Assembly (NCBI GenBank): GCA_037441705.1
Contig: JBBIRR010000005.1
Span: 36,265-100,264 of the forward strand
Direction of reading: 5' to 3'
Length of the DNA stretch: 64,000 nt
Origin: Ignavibacteriales bacterium
Lineage (GTDB): Bacteria; Bacteroidota; Ignavibacteria; UBA10030; UBA6906
The position numbers and the translations under genes were made by a program. Below are positions 19,674 to 29,132 of the stretch, in pieces; the stretch's first letter is position 1, and each line of letters opens with the position of its first letter. Under the pieces are notes generated by a model. It ran no database searches and was not told the DNA's origin. It saw nothing but the letters and a program-made list of their open reading frames with translations.

Positions 19674-21368
19674 ATGAAAACTCATGGCAAGCGTGCGCTC
19701 TGCGTGACGACGCTGCTTCTTGCATCTCCTGCCGTCGTTTTCGCACAAGTTCCGTTCGCCGTCACGCCAACATGGACTTCGGCGGATGTTTCCAACTATT
19801 CGACCGGCTGTGCTTGGGCAGATATCAATAAGGATGGATGGCTTGATCTTGTCGTTGCCAACGGCAACGACATGGCGCGGCAGCGAGTCGTAGTGTACTA
19901 CAGCGTATTCGGCACACTGCCGACTACGCCGAACTGGCAATCAGCCGACGTTGACTATCACGGCCACCTTTCCGTCGGTGATGTGAACAGTGACGGTTAT
20001 CCCGATGTTGCCGTGTCGGTGTACATCGGCGCAGCAGGATTCAGTCAGCGAGGGAGAGTCAAGTTGTATTTGAACAATAACGGAACGCTTTCCACATCTC
20101 CTTCGTGGATATCGAAGGACTCTCTCTACACGTTCAGTTGCGCGTTCGGCGATGCCGATGGCGACGGCGACCTCGATCTTGCTGTCGCGTGCGGCGAGTC
20201 GTACAACAATCGAGCAGAGCAGAACCGGATTTACTTCAATACTGCAGGACGGCTGGACTCGCTGCCCGGATGGAAAAGCAGAGAATCGGGCTACAGCTAC
20301 GACGTCAGCTGGGCTGACTTCGACAACGACGGCGATCTCGACCTCGTCTTCGCCAATGAACGCGGTCCGAACCGCATGTACATGAACTACGGCGACTCGA
20401 TCGGAACCGCTGCGTGGTGGGCATCGGGCGATGGAGCCCTCAACGCTAACTCCCTGTTCGTGGGTGATGTCAACAATGACGGCTTTCTCGATCTGGCAAT
20501 CTCCGACAACAACCAACTCGGAGGAACAGGGCGTTTCAAATTGTACCGCAATCAAAATGGGCGGCTCGATTCCATTCCGTTTTGGACGTCGGCGTTCTCC
20601 GGCTACGGCTCGGGAATCAATCTTGCCGATATCGACAACGACGGCGACCGTGACTTGCTGACGGGTGGATGGTGGAACCCGCTGCGCATCTACACGAATG
20701 TGAACGGAAGCTTCGCATCGAGTCCACAGTGGACATCGAGCACAAACAGTGTCGTGGAAGCCATCGTCTGCGGCGATTACGACAACGACGGGCTTGATAC
20801 GCTGAACGTGCAGTTTGTCGGTACCGGCACGACGAAGCTGTACTACCTGCCTCGTGCGCCGCTGCAGCGCCTGCTTCGCGTTGCATGGAACGGCGATCCC
20901 GACTCCGCCGCTCCGTATTGCTTCGACCTCGAGAACGGGTGGCTCAGCTTCATGCGCCCGGCAGGCCAGGGCACGCCGATCGACATCCGCATTGTCGTTT
21001 CGCGCGACCTTGACTTTGCGGTCAGCAACTGGGATCCCTCCATCGGAAACTACGTCTTCAGAAACACTACACCTTCTGGTGTTGAGGAGAGAACAGGCGG
21101 CGTTGCGGAGGTTCGGCTCTATCAGAATTATCCTAATCCATTTAATCCCGTAACGACCATCAGGTTCGGGGTTCAGGTTTCAGGATGGGTTTCGCTGAAA
21201 GTGTATGATCTGCTTGGTCGCGACGTGGCGACGTTGGTGAGCGGAAACGTGCAGGCGGGCTTGCACGATGTCGAATTCGGCGCAGGCAACCTTGCGAGTG
21301 GGATGTATGTGTACGAGCTGCGCTCGGCAACAGTCTCGCTGCGGAAAAAGATGATGCTTCTGCAGTGA
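19674..21368 (+). CDS. T9SS-secreted FG-GAP repeat protein
   Basis: Seven D-x-[ND]-x-DG-x-x-D repeats; signal peptide; QNYPNPFNP CTD; ATG 19674 follows the upstream stop. Confidence 0.87.
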   Translation: MKTHGKRALCVTTLLLASPAVVFAQVPFAVTPTWTSADVSNYSTGCAWADINKDGWLDLVVANGNDMARQRVVVYYSVFGTLPTTPNWQSADVDYHGHLSVGDVNSDGYPDVAVSVYIGAAGFSQRGRVKLYLNNNGTLSTSPSWISKDSLYTFSCAFGDADGDGDLDLAVACGESYNNRAEQNRIYFNTAGRLDSLPGWKSRESGYSYDVSWADFDNDGDLDLVFANERGPNRMYMNYGDSIGTAAWWASGDGALNANSLFVGDVNNDGFLDLAISDNNQLGGTGRFKLYRNQNGRLDSIPFWTSAFSGYGSGINLADIDNDGDRDLLTGGWWNPLRIYTNVNGSFASSPQWTSSTNSVVEAIVCGDYDNDGLDTLNVQFVGTGTTKLYYLPRAPLQRLLRVAWNGDPDSAAPYCFDLENGWLSFMRPAGQGTPIDIRIVVSRDLDFAVSNWDPSIGNYVFRNTTPSGVEERTGGVAEVRLYQNYPNPFNPVTTIRFGVQVSGWVSLKVYDLLGRDVATLVSGNVQAGLHDVEFGAGNLASGMYVYELRSATVSLRKKMMLLQ

Positions 21369-21388
21369 TGTCGTTGTAGGTTGAAAAC

Positions 21389-21469
21389 CCCGCACTCTCC
21401 GTCCACGAATCTCCCATCGCCTCTCTCGGGGGGAGGTGCTGCCGATTCGTGGGTGGAGGGTGGTGCGGG
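21389..21469. other. Long imperfect intergenic stem-loop (about 80 nt)
   Basis: Nested pairs CCCGCAC/GTGCGGG, CTCC/GGAG, CCACGAATC/GATTCGTGG, GCCTCTC/GGGAGGT. Confidence 0.55.
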
Positions 21470-21516
21470 CCCGCTCTTGCCTCTCACCTGGATTGTTCTA
21501 TCTTGTCTCACCATAA

Positions 21517-22401
21517 TTGCTTCCAACTCAGTCGCTCGACGTGCTTGCCATTCGACTCCTTCTCCTGTTCTGCGTAATTGTTTGGGGCTGGACATTCGTC
21601 GCTACGAAAGTCTGTCTTGCCTACTTGAACCCGATAGAGATCGTCGGTCTTCGGTTCTTCATCGGGCTGCCTGTCCTGTATGCGATCATTCGTGCGAAAC
21701 GCTTGCGGATCGAATTCAACGCCGGTGAGTATTGCAGTCTGGGAATCGGAAGCGCCATCATTGCTCTGCACTTTCTGATGCAGGCCGTGGCGTTGAATTT
21801 CACTTCAGCCACAAACACCGGCTGGATCATTGCCGTTACGCCGCTTGCACTCGCTGTCCTCTCCGTTCTACTCCTGAAGGAGAGGATTGGCCGCGCCGAG
21901 CAAGCCGGGATAGCCGTTGCTACGGTTGGGATTATACTTTTGATCTCACGGGGCAACGTGACAAACCTGAATTGGCTGAGCAGTCTTGGCGATTGGCTCA
22001 TTCTTGCCTCGGCCCATACCTGGGCATTGTACACAATTGCGACGCGAAACGTTTCACGCTCTCGGAATCCCCTTACAGTCACGTTGGTGGTCTTCCTGCC
22101 GCTTACTGTTGGATGTTTGTTGTATATGATGTTCATGCGTGATGTTCGGCTGTACGCGGCGCTTCCGACAGAGCCGCTGTCGGCCCTGCTGTTTCTCGGT
22201 GTGCTGGGAACCGTGGCGCAGTGGTTCTGGCAAATCGGCGTGGCGAAGATCGGTGCAGCAAGGGCCGGCATCTTTCTGTATCTTGAGCCTGTGGCCACAA
22301 CGGCTCTCGCGATTCCGGTGCTGGAGGAAACCTTTACGGCGTTCACCGCAATCGGCGGTGTGCTGGTGATGATGGGCGTGTGGTGGGCGCAGAGAAAATG
22401 A
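21517..22401 (+). CDS. DMT/EamA family transporter
   Basis: VWGWTFVATK, LRFFIG, LLKERIG, YLEPV; about 10 TM helices. Start codon uncertain. Confidence 0.9.
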   Translation: MLPTQSLDVLAIRLLLLFCVIVWGWTFVATKVCLAYLNPIEIVGLRFFIGLPVLYAIIRAKRLRIEFNAGEYCSLGIGSAIIALHFLMQAVALNFTSATNTGWIIAVTPLALAVLSVLLLKERIGRAEQAGIAVATVGIILLISRGNVTNLNWLSSLGDWLILASAHTWALYTIATRNVSRSRNPLTVTLVVFLPLTVGCLLYMMFMRDVRLYAALPTEPLSALLFLGVLGTVAQWFWQIGVAKIGAARAGIFLYLEPVATTALAIPVLEETFTAFTAIGGVLVMMGVWWAQRK

Positions 22402-22433
22402 GTATGACGACCAACCAAGAGAAAGGCCGATCC

Positions 22434-22706
22434 ATGTGTCGAAACATAAAGCCCCTTTTCAACTTCGAGCCGCCGGCAACGGACGAGGAAATCGCGGCGG
22501 CGTCGCTGCAATTTGTACGAAAGATCAGCGGTTTCAACACGCCCTCGAAAGCAAACACTCGTGCGTTTGAAAAGGCTGTGCGTGATGTGACGCGCGTTGC
22601 TCGAACGCTGATTGATTCGCTGGAGACGGAAGCGCCGCCGCGAAGCAGGGACGCGGAAGCCGCGAAAGCCCGCGAGCGAGCACGCCGGCGATTCGGTGTT
22701 GCTTGA
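22434..22706 (+). CDS. DUF2277 domain protein
   Basis: MCRNIKPLFNFEPPATDEEIAAASLQFVRKISGF signature; C-terminal RRFG. Confidence 0.85.
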   Translation: MCRNIKPLFNFEPPATDEEIAAASLQFVRKISGFNTPSKANTRAFEKAVRDVTRVARTLIDSLETEAPPRSRDAEAAKARERARRRFGVA

Positions 22707-22915
22707 CTGTCGGCTGTGGCTGTCAAACATTCCCAAGCCCCTACTTATCTCGAAATGCCTCGCGCTCTGGACTCGAACCGCAGATTCACTCTTGAACGCA
22801 CATCATTAACGTGCAGTTGCTACCGCGGCCTTGTATGAGTGCAGATACGGCATGCCCAGTGGCTGCCAATTCGTGTGTTTCTCGTTGAATCCGGCAGATC
22901 TCTCCGGTCGGCTCG

Positions 22916-22931
22916 TGGCATCATGGTTGCT
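22916..22931 (+). promoter_or_regulatory. sigma54 (RpoN) -24/-12 promoter
   Basis: TGGCAT-CATGG-TTGCT, exact GG-N10-GC spacing, 32 nt before ATG 22964. Confidence 0.7.
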
Positions 22932-22963
22932 GTTGAGGAAGCCAACAACAAGCCGACGAAACC

Positions 22964-23488
22964 ATGAACACAGGACAGACGCTCTTTGTGCTGGGAGCTT
23001 TCGCACTACTCTCCACGCTGCTGGTGAATTTCTATTCACTTCTGGCCAGCTCGAACGATGTCGTCGCCAGCGGGCAAGATGGAATCCTCGCCACAACGCT
23101 GGCCGCATCCTATGTCGAGATTGCCCAGGGCCTATCGTTTGATCAAGTTAGCGATACTTCGGATCTCGCCATCGGCAATCCGAACATGCTGACTCCATCC
23201 CTCTCACTCGGACCGGAGGATCTTTCGGAAGTGGGAATCGGAACGTTCAACGATTTTGATGACTTCAACAATTACAGCATCGAGCAGGAAGCGTCGGGAA
23301 CCAACCGTCGTTTCAGGACGACGTTCAATGTGTACTATGTTGATCCGACGAACGTGAACAACCCTACGACCACTCGTACTTTTGTGAAGCGCATGGACTT
23401 GAAGACCTGGCGGACGTATCCGCCGGTCAGCGGTAAAGTCGACACGCTTCGCACATCGGTGGTATTGGGATACTTTCATTTCGATTAG
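22964..23488 (+). CDS. Minor pilin-like protein (PilV/MshD-like)
   Basis: MNTGQ plus hydrophobic helix; FDDFNNY motif resembling MshD-like proteins; beta-rich C-terminus. Confidence 0.55.
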   Translation: MNTGQTLFVLGAFALLSTLLVNFYSLLASSNDVVASGQDGILATTLAASYVEIAQGLSFDQVSDTSDLAIGNPNMLTPSLSLGPEDLSEVGIGTFNDFDDFNNYSIEQEASGTNRRFRTTFNVYYVDPTNVNNPTTTRTFVKRMDLKTWRTYPPVSGKVDTLRTSVVLGYFHFD

Positions 23489-23497
23489 AAACGCATC

Positions 23498-24115
23498 ATG
23501 GCAACCATTCTCGACCTTATTGCATCCACGATCTTTGGCGGCATGCTGCTGGTAATCATCCTCAACGCCAACGATATGGCACTCGAGTCGCAAAGCATTC
23601 AAAACGGCGATGTGATGGTGCAGGAGATTCTCGTCTCGACGGTTCGGTTGATCGAGGGCGAGTATCGCAACATGGGATTTGGCGTTCCCGAACACACCGT
23701 CAGCGTTGTGGAGGCCGAGAGCTCACGGATCAGATTTCTTACGGATCTCGGCCGCGACGGCGGCGTTCCTGATACGATCACGTACTGGGTAGGCCCTACC
23801 AGTGAACTGCTCAGAACGCAGAACGAACTCGATCGCTATCTCTACCGCCGGGTAAACAACGAGACACCGCTCAAGGTTGGTGCGGTCACGGTATTTCGAA
23901 TGGAATATCAAACACAGTCCGGCGAAGAACTTCCGATTCCTGTCCCCTCCTCACGCCTCTCGGAAATCCATCTGGTAGAGGTGACAGTCGAGGTTCAGAA
24001 CCCATACGCGATTAGCAAGAAGCAGGCACAGATCAATCCTGGAGACAGAACAGCCAAGTTCTCAAGCGCCCTATGGCAGCAAACGCGCCTGGCATCGCAG
24101 AATACGCGACGCTGA
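23498..24115 (+). CDS. Minor pilin-like protein (PilW-like)
   Basis: N-terminal hydrophobic helix ATILDLIASTIFGGMLLVII; helix ending EYRNMGFG; TITY..LYRRVN strands. Confidence 0.55.
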   Translation: MATILDLIASTIFGGMLLVIILNANDMALESQSIQNGDVMVQEILVSTVRLIEGEYRNMGFGVPEHTVSVVEAESSRIRFLTDLGRDGGVPDTITYWVGPTSELLRTQNELDRYLYRRVNNETPLKVGAVTVFRMEYQTQSGEELPIPVPSSRLSEIHLVEVTVEVQNPYAISKKQAQINPGDRTAKFSSALWQQTRLASQNTRR

Positions 24116-24134
24116 CAACAAAGGAGGAAGAGCT

Positions 24135-25418
24135 ATGGTAGGTAAGGCATCACTTATTGTTGTTCTTGGATTCATATCCATTTTTGGATACATATCCCTG
24201 AATCTGAGCCGCATGGCAACCAATGCTGTGGGAAACATGTCCTCCTATGTGGAGGCAACCGCTTCGCACAATCTCGCAGTAACCGGGGCCAACGTGGGGC
24301 TGGCGAAGTTCTACGTTGACACATCGTGGTATGGCACTCTCACACAAACACTCAGTCCCCCACTGAAGGGAGGCTTTACCGTTGCGGTCGCTCCCCTGGG
24401 AGGAGACACCGTGCGCTTGCGCAGCGTGTCGACGTATGTCGTGCCGCCGCCGAACGCGGAGACCCTACACGACACGGTCGATGTCTATTTCACGCGGCGA
24501 AAGTACAACAGTTTTTCTCTCTTTGCGTGGATGACAAATTTCGAAGGCAATGTGTTCTGGATTACTGCAGATACGGTCTGGGGGAGAGTCCATTCCAACG
24601 GCATGCTGCATGTCAACGGGCGCCCGGTATTCTATGAAAAGGTAACGACCTCGAAGAGATTCGATCCGAAGCCGGGCACCGGAACCAATCGAGCCATCTT
24701 CAAAAAAGGGTATGAGACGGGTGTTGCAACGATTGATTTACCGAGCGATTTGTCTGTTCTGATTTCCGCTTCGAGTTCAGGCGGGGCACGGTACAACACT
24801 GATATCTGGGTCACCTTTTATCCCGGGACGTCCGCCAACAACGACGGTTTTGCCGTCATCAAAACCTCTCCTTCTGCTTCCACGGCGGATACCGTATATC
24901 TCGGCAGCGGAGGGTTCAACGGCGCAATCTATTCAACCGGCAGAGTCCGTGTCAAAGGCACGGTCGACGGGCAGGTGACGCTTGGATCGGGCTCCGACCT
25001 GTACATTGATGACGATATCCGCTATGAACAGAATCCTCAGATTGTTTCCTCGAGCGATGATTTGTTGGGTCTCGTCTCCAATCGTGACATTCTGGTTGCC
25101 GACAATCCCGCGAACAACCTGAACTGCGAAATAGATGCTTGCATCTTTGCACGCTCAGGCTCCTTCAAAGCCGAGAACTACAATACGCGTCCCGTCAGCG
25201 GCGAACTGAGGCTTTATGGCTCCATTGTGCAGGATACCAGGGGAGCGGTCGGCACGTTTGGCGGCTCTGGAATTCTCTCCGGCTTCTCCAAGCGGTACAG
25301 GTTTGATACGCGCTTGAACGACCCGCAGTATCGACCTCCGTTCTATCCGGGGTTTTATACCAAGACGCTTGCCATTGCCAATTGGTGGGAGAGCTACCGC
25401 TTGCCTGAAATGCGGTGA
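24135..25418 (+). CDS. PilX-like protein with large C-terminal beta-rich domain (DUF4900-like)
   Basis: MVG|KASLIVVLG helix, A..LA..G motif, GRVHSNG, LGLVS, GSIVQ..RGAVG, GFSKRYRFDTR..PPFYP. Confidence 0.6.
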   Translation: MVGKASLIVVLGFISIFGYISLNLSRMATNAVGNMSSYVEATASHNLAVTGANVGLAKFYVDTSWYGTLTQTLSPPLKGGFTVAVAPLGGDTVRLRSVSTYVVPPPNAETLHDTVDVYFTRRKYNSFSLFAWMTNFEGNVFWITADTVWGRVHSNGMLHVNGRPVFYEKVTTSKRFDPKPGTGTNRAIFKKGYETGVATIDLPSDLSVLISASSSGGARYNTDIWVTFYPGTSANNDGFAVIKTSPSASTADTVYLGSGGFNGAIYSTGRVRVKGTVDGQVTLGSGSDLYIDDDIRYEQNPQIVSSSDDLLGLVSNRDILVADNPANNLNCEIDACIFARSGSFKAENYNTRPVSGELRLYGSIVQDTRGAVGTFGGSGILSGFSKRYRFDTRLNDPQYRPPFYPGFYTKTLAIANWWESYRLPEMR

Positions 25419-25441
25419 GGCATCCTCTCCGCTCGCAGCAT

Positions 25442-25479
25442 AACCCACCCGCGCTTCGTTGACGGGTGGGTTTTTGTTT
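25442..25479 (+). terminator. Rho-independent terminator closing the pilin-like operon
   Basis: AACCCACCCG...CGGGTGGGTT followed by TTTGTTT. Confidence 0.8.
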
Positions 25480-25538
25480 GAAGAATCCGGCGGCTGGTAG
25501 CGGTATGAACTCTGCCGGGAATTTTTTATCATTATGCT

Positions 25539-26543
25539 GTGAGAATAGGAACGATCGACATACACAACGGCATCCTCCTCGCCCCGATGGAGGATGTTAC
25601 GGACCTTCCCTTCAGAGTGATCTGCAAGCGGCTCGGTGCCGACATTGTGTACACGGAGTTTGTCAACTCCGAGGGGCTGGTGCGTGGATCGGAGAAGACG
25701 AAACGCAAGATGGTGTTTTGGGAAGAGGAACGTCCGTTCGGCATCCAGATTTACGGCGGCGAACCTTCTTCCATGCACGCTGCCGCCCAGCTTGCGGAGA
25801 GCTTCGATCCCGATATCATCGACATCAATTGCGGCTGCTGGGTGAAAGACGTGGCTATGCGCGGTGCAGGCGCAGGGCTTCTGCGCGACCTTCCCAAGAT
25901 GGAACGCATTGCCGCAGCCGTCGTCAACGCAGTGAAGAAACCGGTGACACTCAAGACGCGGCTGGGGTGGGACAAGAACAGCATTCGCATCGTTGAAGTC
26001 GCAAAAAGGTGTGAAGCGGTCGGCATCAAGGCCCTCACCGTTCATTGCCGCACGCGGGATCAAGGACATAAGGGGCCTGTGGATTATAGTTGGATTCCGA
26101 AAATCAAGGAAGCAGTCTCCATTCCCATCATCGTCAATGGTGACATTGTTTCACCGCAGAACGTGAAGCAGGTGTTCGAAACCACGGGCTGCGATGCCGT
26201 GATGATCGGGCGCGGGGCCATCCTCAACCCGTGGATCTTCCGTCAGGCGAAGCATTACATGGCAACCGGCACGCTGCTGCCCGAACCAACACTTGAAGAA
26301 CGAGTGAACCTCTTGCGCGAGCATCTGCGCCTTTCGGTGGAGTTCAAGGGCGAACGTGCAGGAGTCATCGAACTGCGGAAGCACTACTCGGGCTTTCTGC
26401 GTGGACTTCCCCATGTTTCCAAAATCCGCATGGAGTTGATGCAGTTTACCGAGGCGCGGCCGATTCTGGAACATCTGACGCGGTTTCTCGAGCTATACAG
26501 TCCTGGCACATCATCCCCATCGGCGGAGCCCGTTGCGGCATAA
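25539..26543 (+). CDS. dusB: tRNA-dihydrouridine synthase B
   Basis: LAPMEDVTDLPFR, IDINCGC, GAGAGLL, KTRLGWD, TVHCRT, NGDI, MIGRG..NPW. Confidence 0.93.
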   Translation: MRIGTIDIHNGILLAPMEDVTDLPFRVICKRLGADIVYTEFVNSEGLVRGSEKTKRKMVFWEEERPFGIQIYGGEPSSMHAAAQLAESFDPDIIDINCGCWVKDVAMRGAGAGLLRDLPKMERIAAAVVNAVKKPVTLKTRLGWDKNSIRIVEVAKRCEAVGIKALTVHCRTRDQGHKGPVDYSWIPKIKEAVSIPIIVNGDIVSPQNVKQVFETTGCDAVMIGRGAILNPWIFRQAKHYMATGTLLPEPTLEERVNLLREHLRLSVEFKGERAGVIELRKHYSGFLRGLPHVSKIRMELMQFTEARPILEHLTRFLELYSPGTSSPSAEPVAA

Positions 26544-26676
26544 GGTTCATCTGACGAAGTGTATCGTGCCGAAGGTGCTGCCGAAGCCGACGTGAGTCTT
26601 CCATATACGGAATTCTTGCCCTGCTATCTGTGTTGAATAGGGTAGCTCATTCTCATGTAGAGTGGAGGACTCGTCA

Positions 26677-27723
26677 ATGTCGTCTCCCCGTATTCTTGGT
26701 ATCGGCACCGCCAATCCGCCGCAGCGCTACAGTCAGCGAGAGATATATGACTTTGCAGCGCGCCACGTTGAATCCTACCGCAATCCCCGCATCGAACACA
26801 TCTTCATGACGAGTGACATCCAGTATCGCCACCTCGCCTTTGATATGCAGGCGCTATCGCCTCAGGAGTCCGCCGATGAAATGCACGCCCGCTTTGCTGA
26901 ATATTCCGTGGCCATCGGCGAGGACGCAATCCGCCGCTGCCTGACAGAAGCCGGACTTGATGTTGATGACGTTGACTATTTTGTCGGCGTTACCTGCACG
27001 GGCTATCTGTGTCCCGGTCTGTCGGCCATCCTCATCAAACAGATGAACATGCGCACCGACGTTCAGCGTGCCGATCTTATCGGAATGGGCTGTGCGGGTG
27101 CAATGCCGGGTTTGCAACGGGCCTATGATTTCGTCAGAGCATATCCGAATAAGAAAGCATTGGTGCTCACTGTGGAGATTTGTTCGGCATGCTACTACAT
27201 TGACGACACGCTGGAGACCGTTGTGGGCAACGCCATCTGTGCCGACGGTGCAGCAGCAGTGGTTGTCGGTAATGGCGACGCGGGAGCGGGACCAGCCCTT
27301 TTGCAGTTTGAAACGCTCCTCGAGCCTTCCTATATTGATACGGTCGGATTCCAGTTTCGGGAGGGGAAACTCCGCATCGTGCTCTCGAAAGACATTCGCA
27401 ACAGTGCCGGCGTGCTTGCAAAGGAAGTTGTTGCGCGCCTGTTGAGAGCGACGCATCTATCCAAGGAGCAGGTGAAGCATTGGATCGTGCATTCCGGCGG
27501 AAGGAAAGTGATCGACAACATCAAAGAGGAATTAGAACTGAGTGAAGAACAGCTTCGTCACAGTCGGTGTGTGCTGAAAAACTACGGCAACATGTCGTCG
27601 CCTACGGTGCTATTCGTGTTACAGGAGACGATGCGTCACGGCAATCCCGCGCCCGGCGAGTTCGGCATCATGCTGGCGATGGGTCCCGGTCTGGCAATCG
27701 AGGCCGGTCTCGTTCAGTGGTAG
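26677..27723 (+). CDS. Type III polyketide synthase, DpgA-like
   Basis: Cys-His-Asn triad in GMGCAG, IVHSGGRKV, YGNMSS; AMGPGL; GGAGG SD. Confidence 0.9.
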   Translation: MSSPRILGIGTANPPQRYSQREIYDFAARHVESYRNPRIEHIFMTSDIQYRHLAFDMQALSPQESADEMHARFAEYSVAIGEDAIRRCLTEAGLDVDDVDYFVGVTCTGYLCPGLSAILIKQMNMRTDVQRADLIGMGCAGAMPGLQRAYDFVRAYPNKKALVLTVEICSACYYIDDTLETVVGNAICADGAAAVVVGNGDAGAGPALLQFETLLEPSYIDTVGFQFREGKLRIVLSKDIRNSAGVLAKEVVARLLRATHLSKEQVKHWIVHSGGRKVIDNIKEELELSEEQLRHSRCVLKNYGNMSSPTVLFVLQETMRHGNPAPGEFGIMLAMGPGLAIEAGLVQW

Positions 27724-27748
27724 ATCAAGACAATCTCAGACAGGCATC

Positions 27749-28942
27749 ATGGCAGCGCATTACAAATACATCATTGTCGGCGGAGGAACTGCGGGTGCTT
27801 CCGCTGTCGAGGGCATTCGTGAGCACGATCGTTCCGGTTCTATCGGGCTGTTCGGGAAAGAGAACCACCTTCCGTACGATCGCCCGCCACTCTCCAAGGG
27901 CTTGTGGTTGGGGAAGACATCGTTGAACGAACTTCCCGTGCACGACGAGGCATTCTACCGGCGGAACGCGGTTCATCTCCACCTCGCGACTGAGATTGTT
28001 TCGATCAATCCTGCCAAGCAGCACGTTGTTGACAGCAACGGAACGCGATACGGTTACGAGAAACTCCTCCTTGCAACCGGAGGAACGCCTCGCATGCTTT
28101 CGTTCGGCGGTGAAGCAGCGCAGTATTTTCGAACGGTGGATGATTATCTCGTATTGCGTGAAACGGCGAATCGCTTCGAGGAGTTTATCCTCATCGGCGG
28201 CGGGTTCATTGGTGCCGAGCTGGCGGCGTCGTTACGAATGCAAGGCAAGCGGGTGACCATCGTGTTCCCGACCGAGTGTTTGTTAGAAAAGATTTTGCCG
28301 CACGAGCTTGCTGTGTTTGTCACAACGTATTATCGTGAAAAAGGGGTCAACGTTCTCAACGGTGATGTGCCGACAGCCATCGAACGTACGCACGGACGCG
28401 TACGTGTGGTTGCGCGAACCGGACAGCACCTGGAAGCCGACCACGCGGTCATCGCCATCGGGCTGAACCTGCACACGGACATCGCCCACCGCGCAGGCAT
28501 CCATATTGAGAATGGCATTAAGGTGAATGAGTTTCTTGAGACTTCTGTTCCTCATATCTTTGCTGCAGGCGATGTCGCCGCTTTTCCGGTGAAAGTGCTG
28601 AACAAAGTCATGCGCATCGAACACTGGGACAACGCGCGCATGCAGGGACGCTATGCCGGCGCAAATATGGCAGGCGCACAGCGGGCGTACGAGTATCTTC
28701 CTTATTTCTATTCCGATCTCTTTGATCTCGGTTTCGAGGTAGTCGGCGATCTCGATTCACGCCACCAAACCTTCGCCGATTGGAAAGAAACGTTCCGGGA
28801 AGGTGTTGTGTACTATCTTGACGAAGGGCGCGTTGTTGGTGTGCTGCTCTGGAACGTGTGGGACAAAGTTGATGCCGCCCGCGAGCTTATTGCTCAGAAG
28901 AAGGTCTACCCACGCGTTGAGGAATTGAAGGGCAGGCTGTAA
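27749..28942 (+). CDS. FAD/NAD(P)-dependent oxidoreductase (ferredoxin reductase/AIF-like)
   Basis: IVGGGTAG, PYDRPPLSK, IGGGFIGAE, AAGDVA, RIEHWDNA, PYFYSD. Confidence 0.9.
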   Translation: MAAHYKYIIVGGGTAGASAVEGIREHDRSGSIGLFGKENHLPYDRPPLSKGLWLGKTSLNELPVHDEAFYRRNAVHLHLATEIVSINPAKQHVVDSNGTRYGYEKLLLATGGTPRMLSFGGEAAQYFRTVDDYLVLRETANRFEEFILIGGGFIGAELAASLRMQGKRVTIVFPTECLLEKILPHELAVFVTTYYREKGVNVLNGDVPTAIERTHGRVRVVARTGQHLEADHAVIAIGLNLHTDIAHRAGIHIENGIKVNEFLETSVPHIFAAGDVAAFPVKVLNKVMRIEHWDNARMQGRYAGANMAGAQRAYEYLPYFYSDLFDLGFEVVGDLDSRHQTFADWKETFREGVVYYLDEGRVVGVLLWNVWDKVDAARELIAQKKVYPRVEELKGRL

Positions 28943-28973
28943 TCCCTCCCATCTGCTCTCACAAGTCCACATC

Positions 28974-29029
28974 GTGCGAGCTGCGGAGGAGGTGGGCCTC
29001 ACACGCGCACCTCGGCTCGCACTTCCTTT
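28974..29029 (+). terminator. Bulged hairpin with pyrimidine tail, possible terminator
   Basis: GTGCGAGCT/GGCTCGCAC plus inner GAGGTG/CACCTC, followed by TTCCTTT. Confidence 0.4.
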
Positions 29030-29132
29030 GCAAACATCGGACGCAGGAACGAGCCCGGTCGTTCTGTTGATACTCACGAGGCTTTTCGTTAGTTTTTTGC
29101 CGACCAATTCTCGTCGCCTACGATTTTGCCTC

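Noticed and set aside
22757-22790. Minus-strand GGTTCGAGTCC resembling a tRNA T-loop
   Set aside because: Flanks do not form a 5-bp T-stem, and no acceptor, D or anticodon arms are recognisable.
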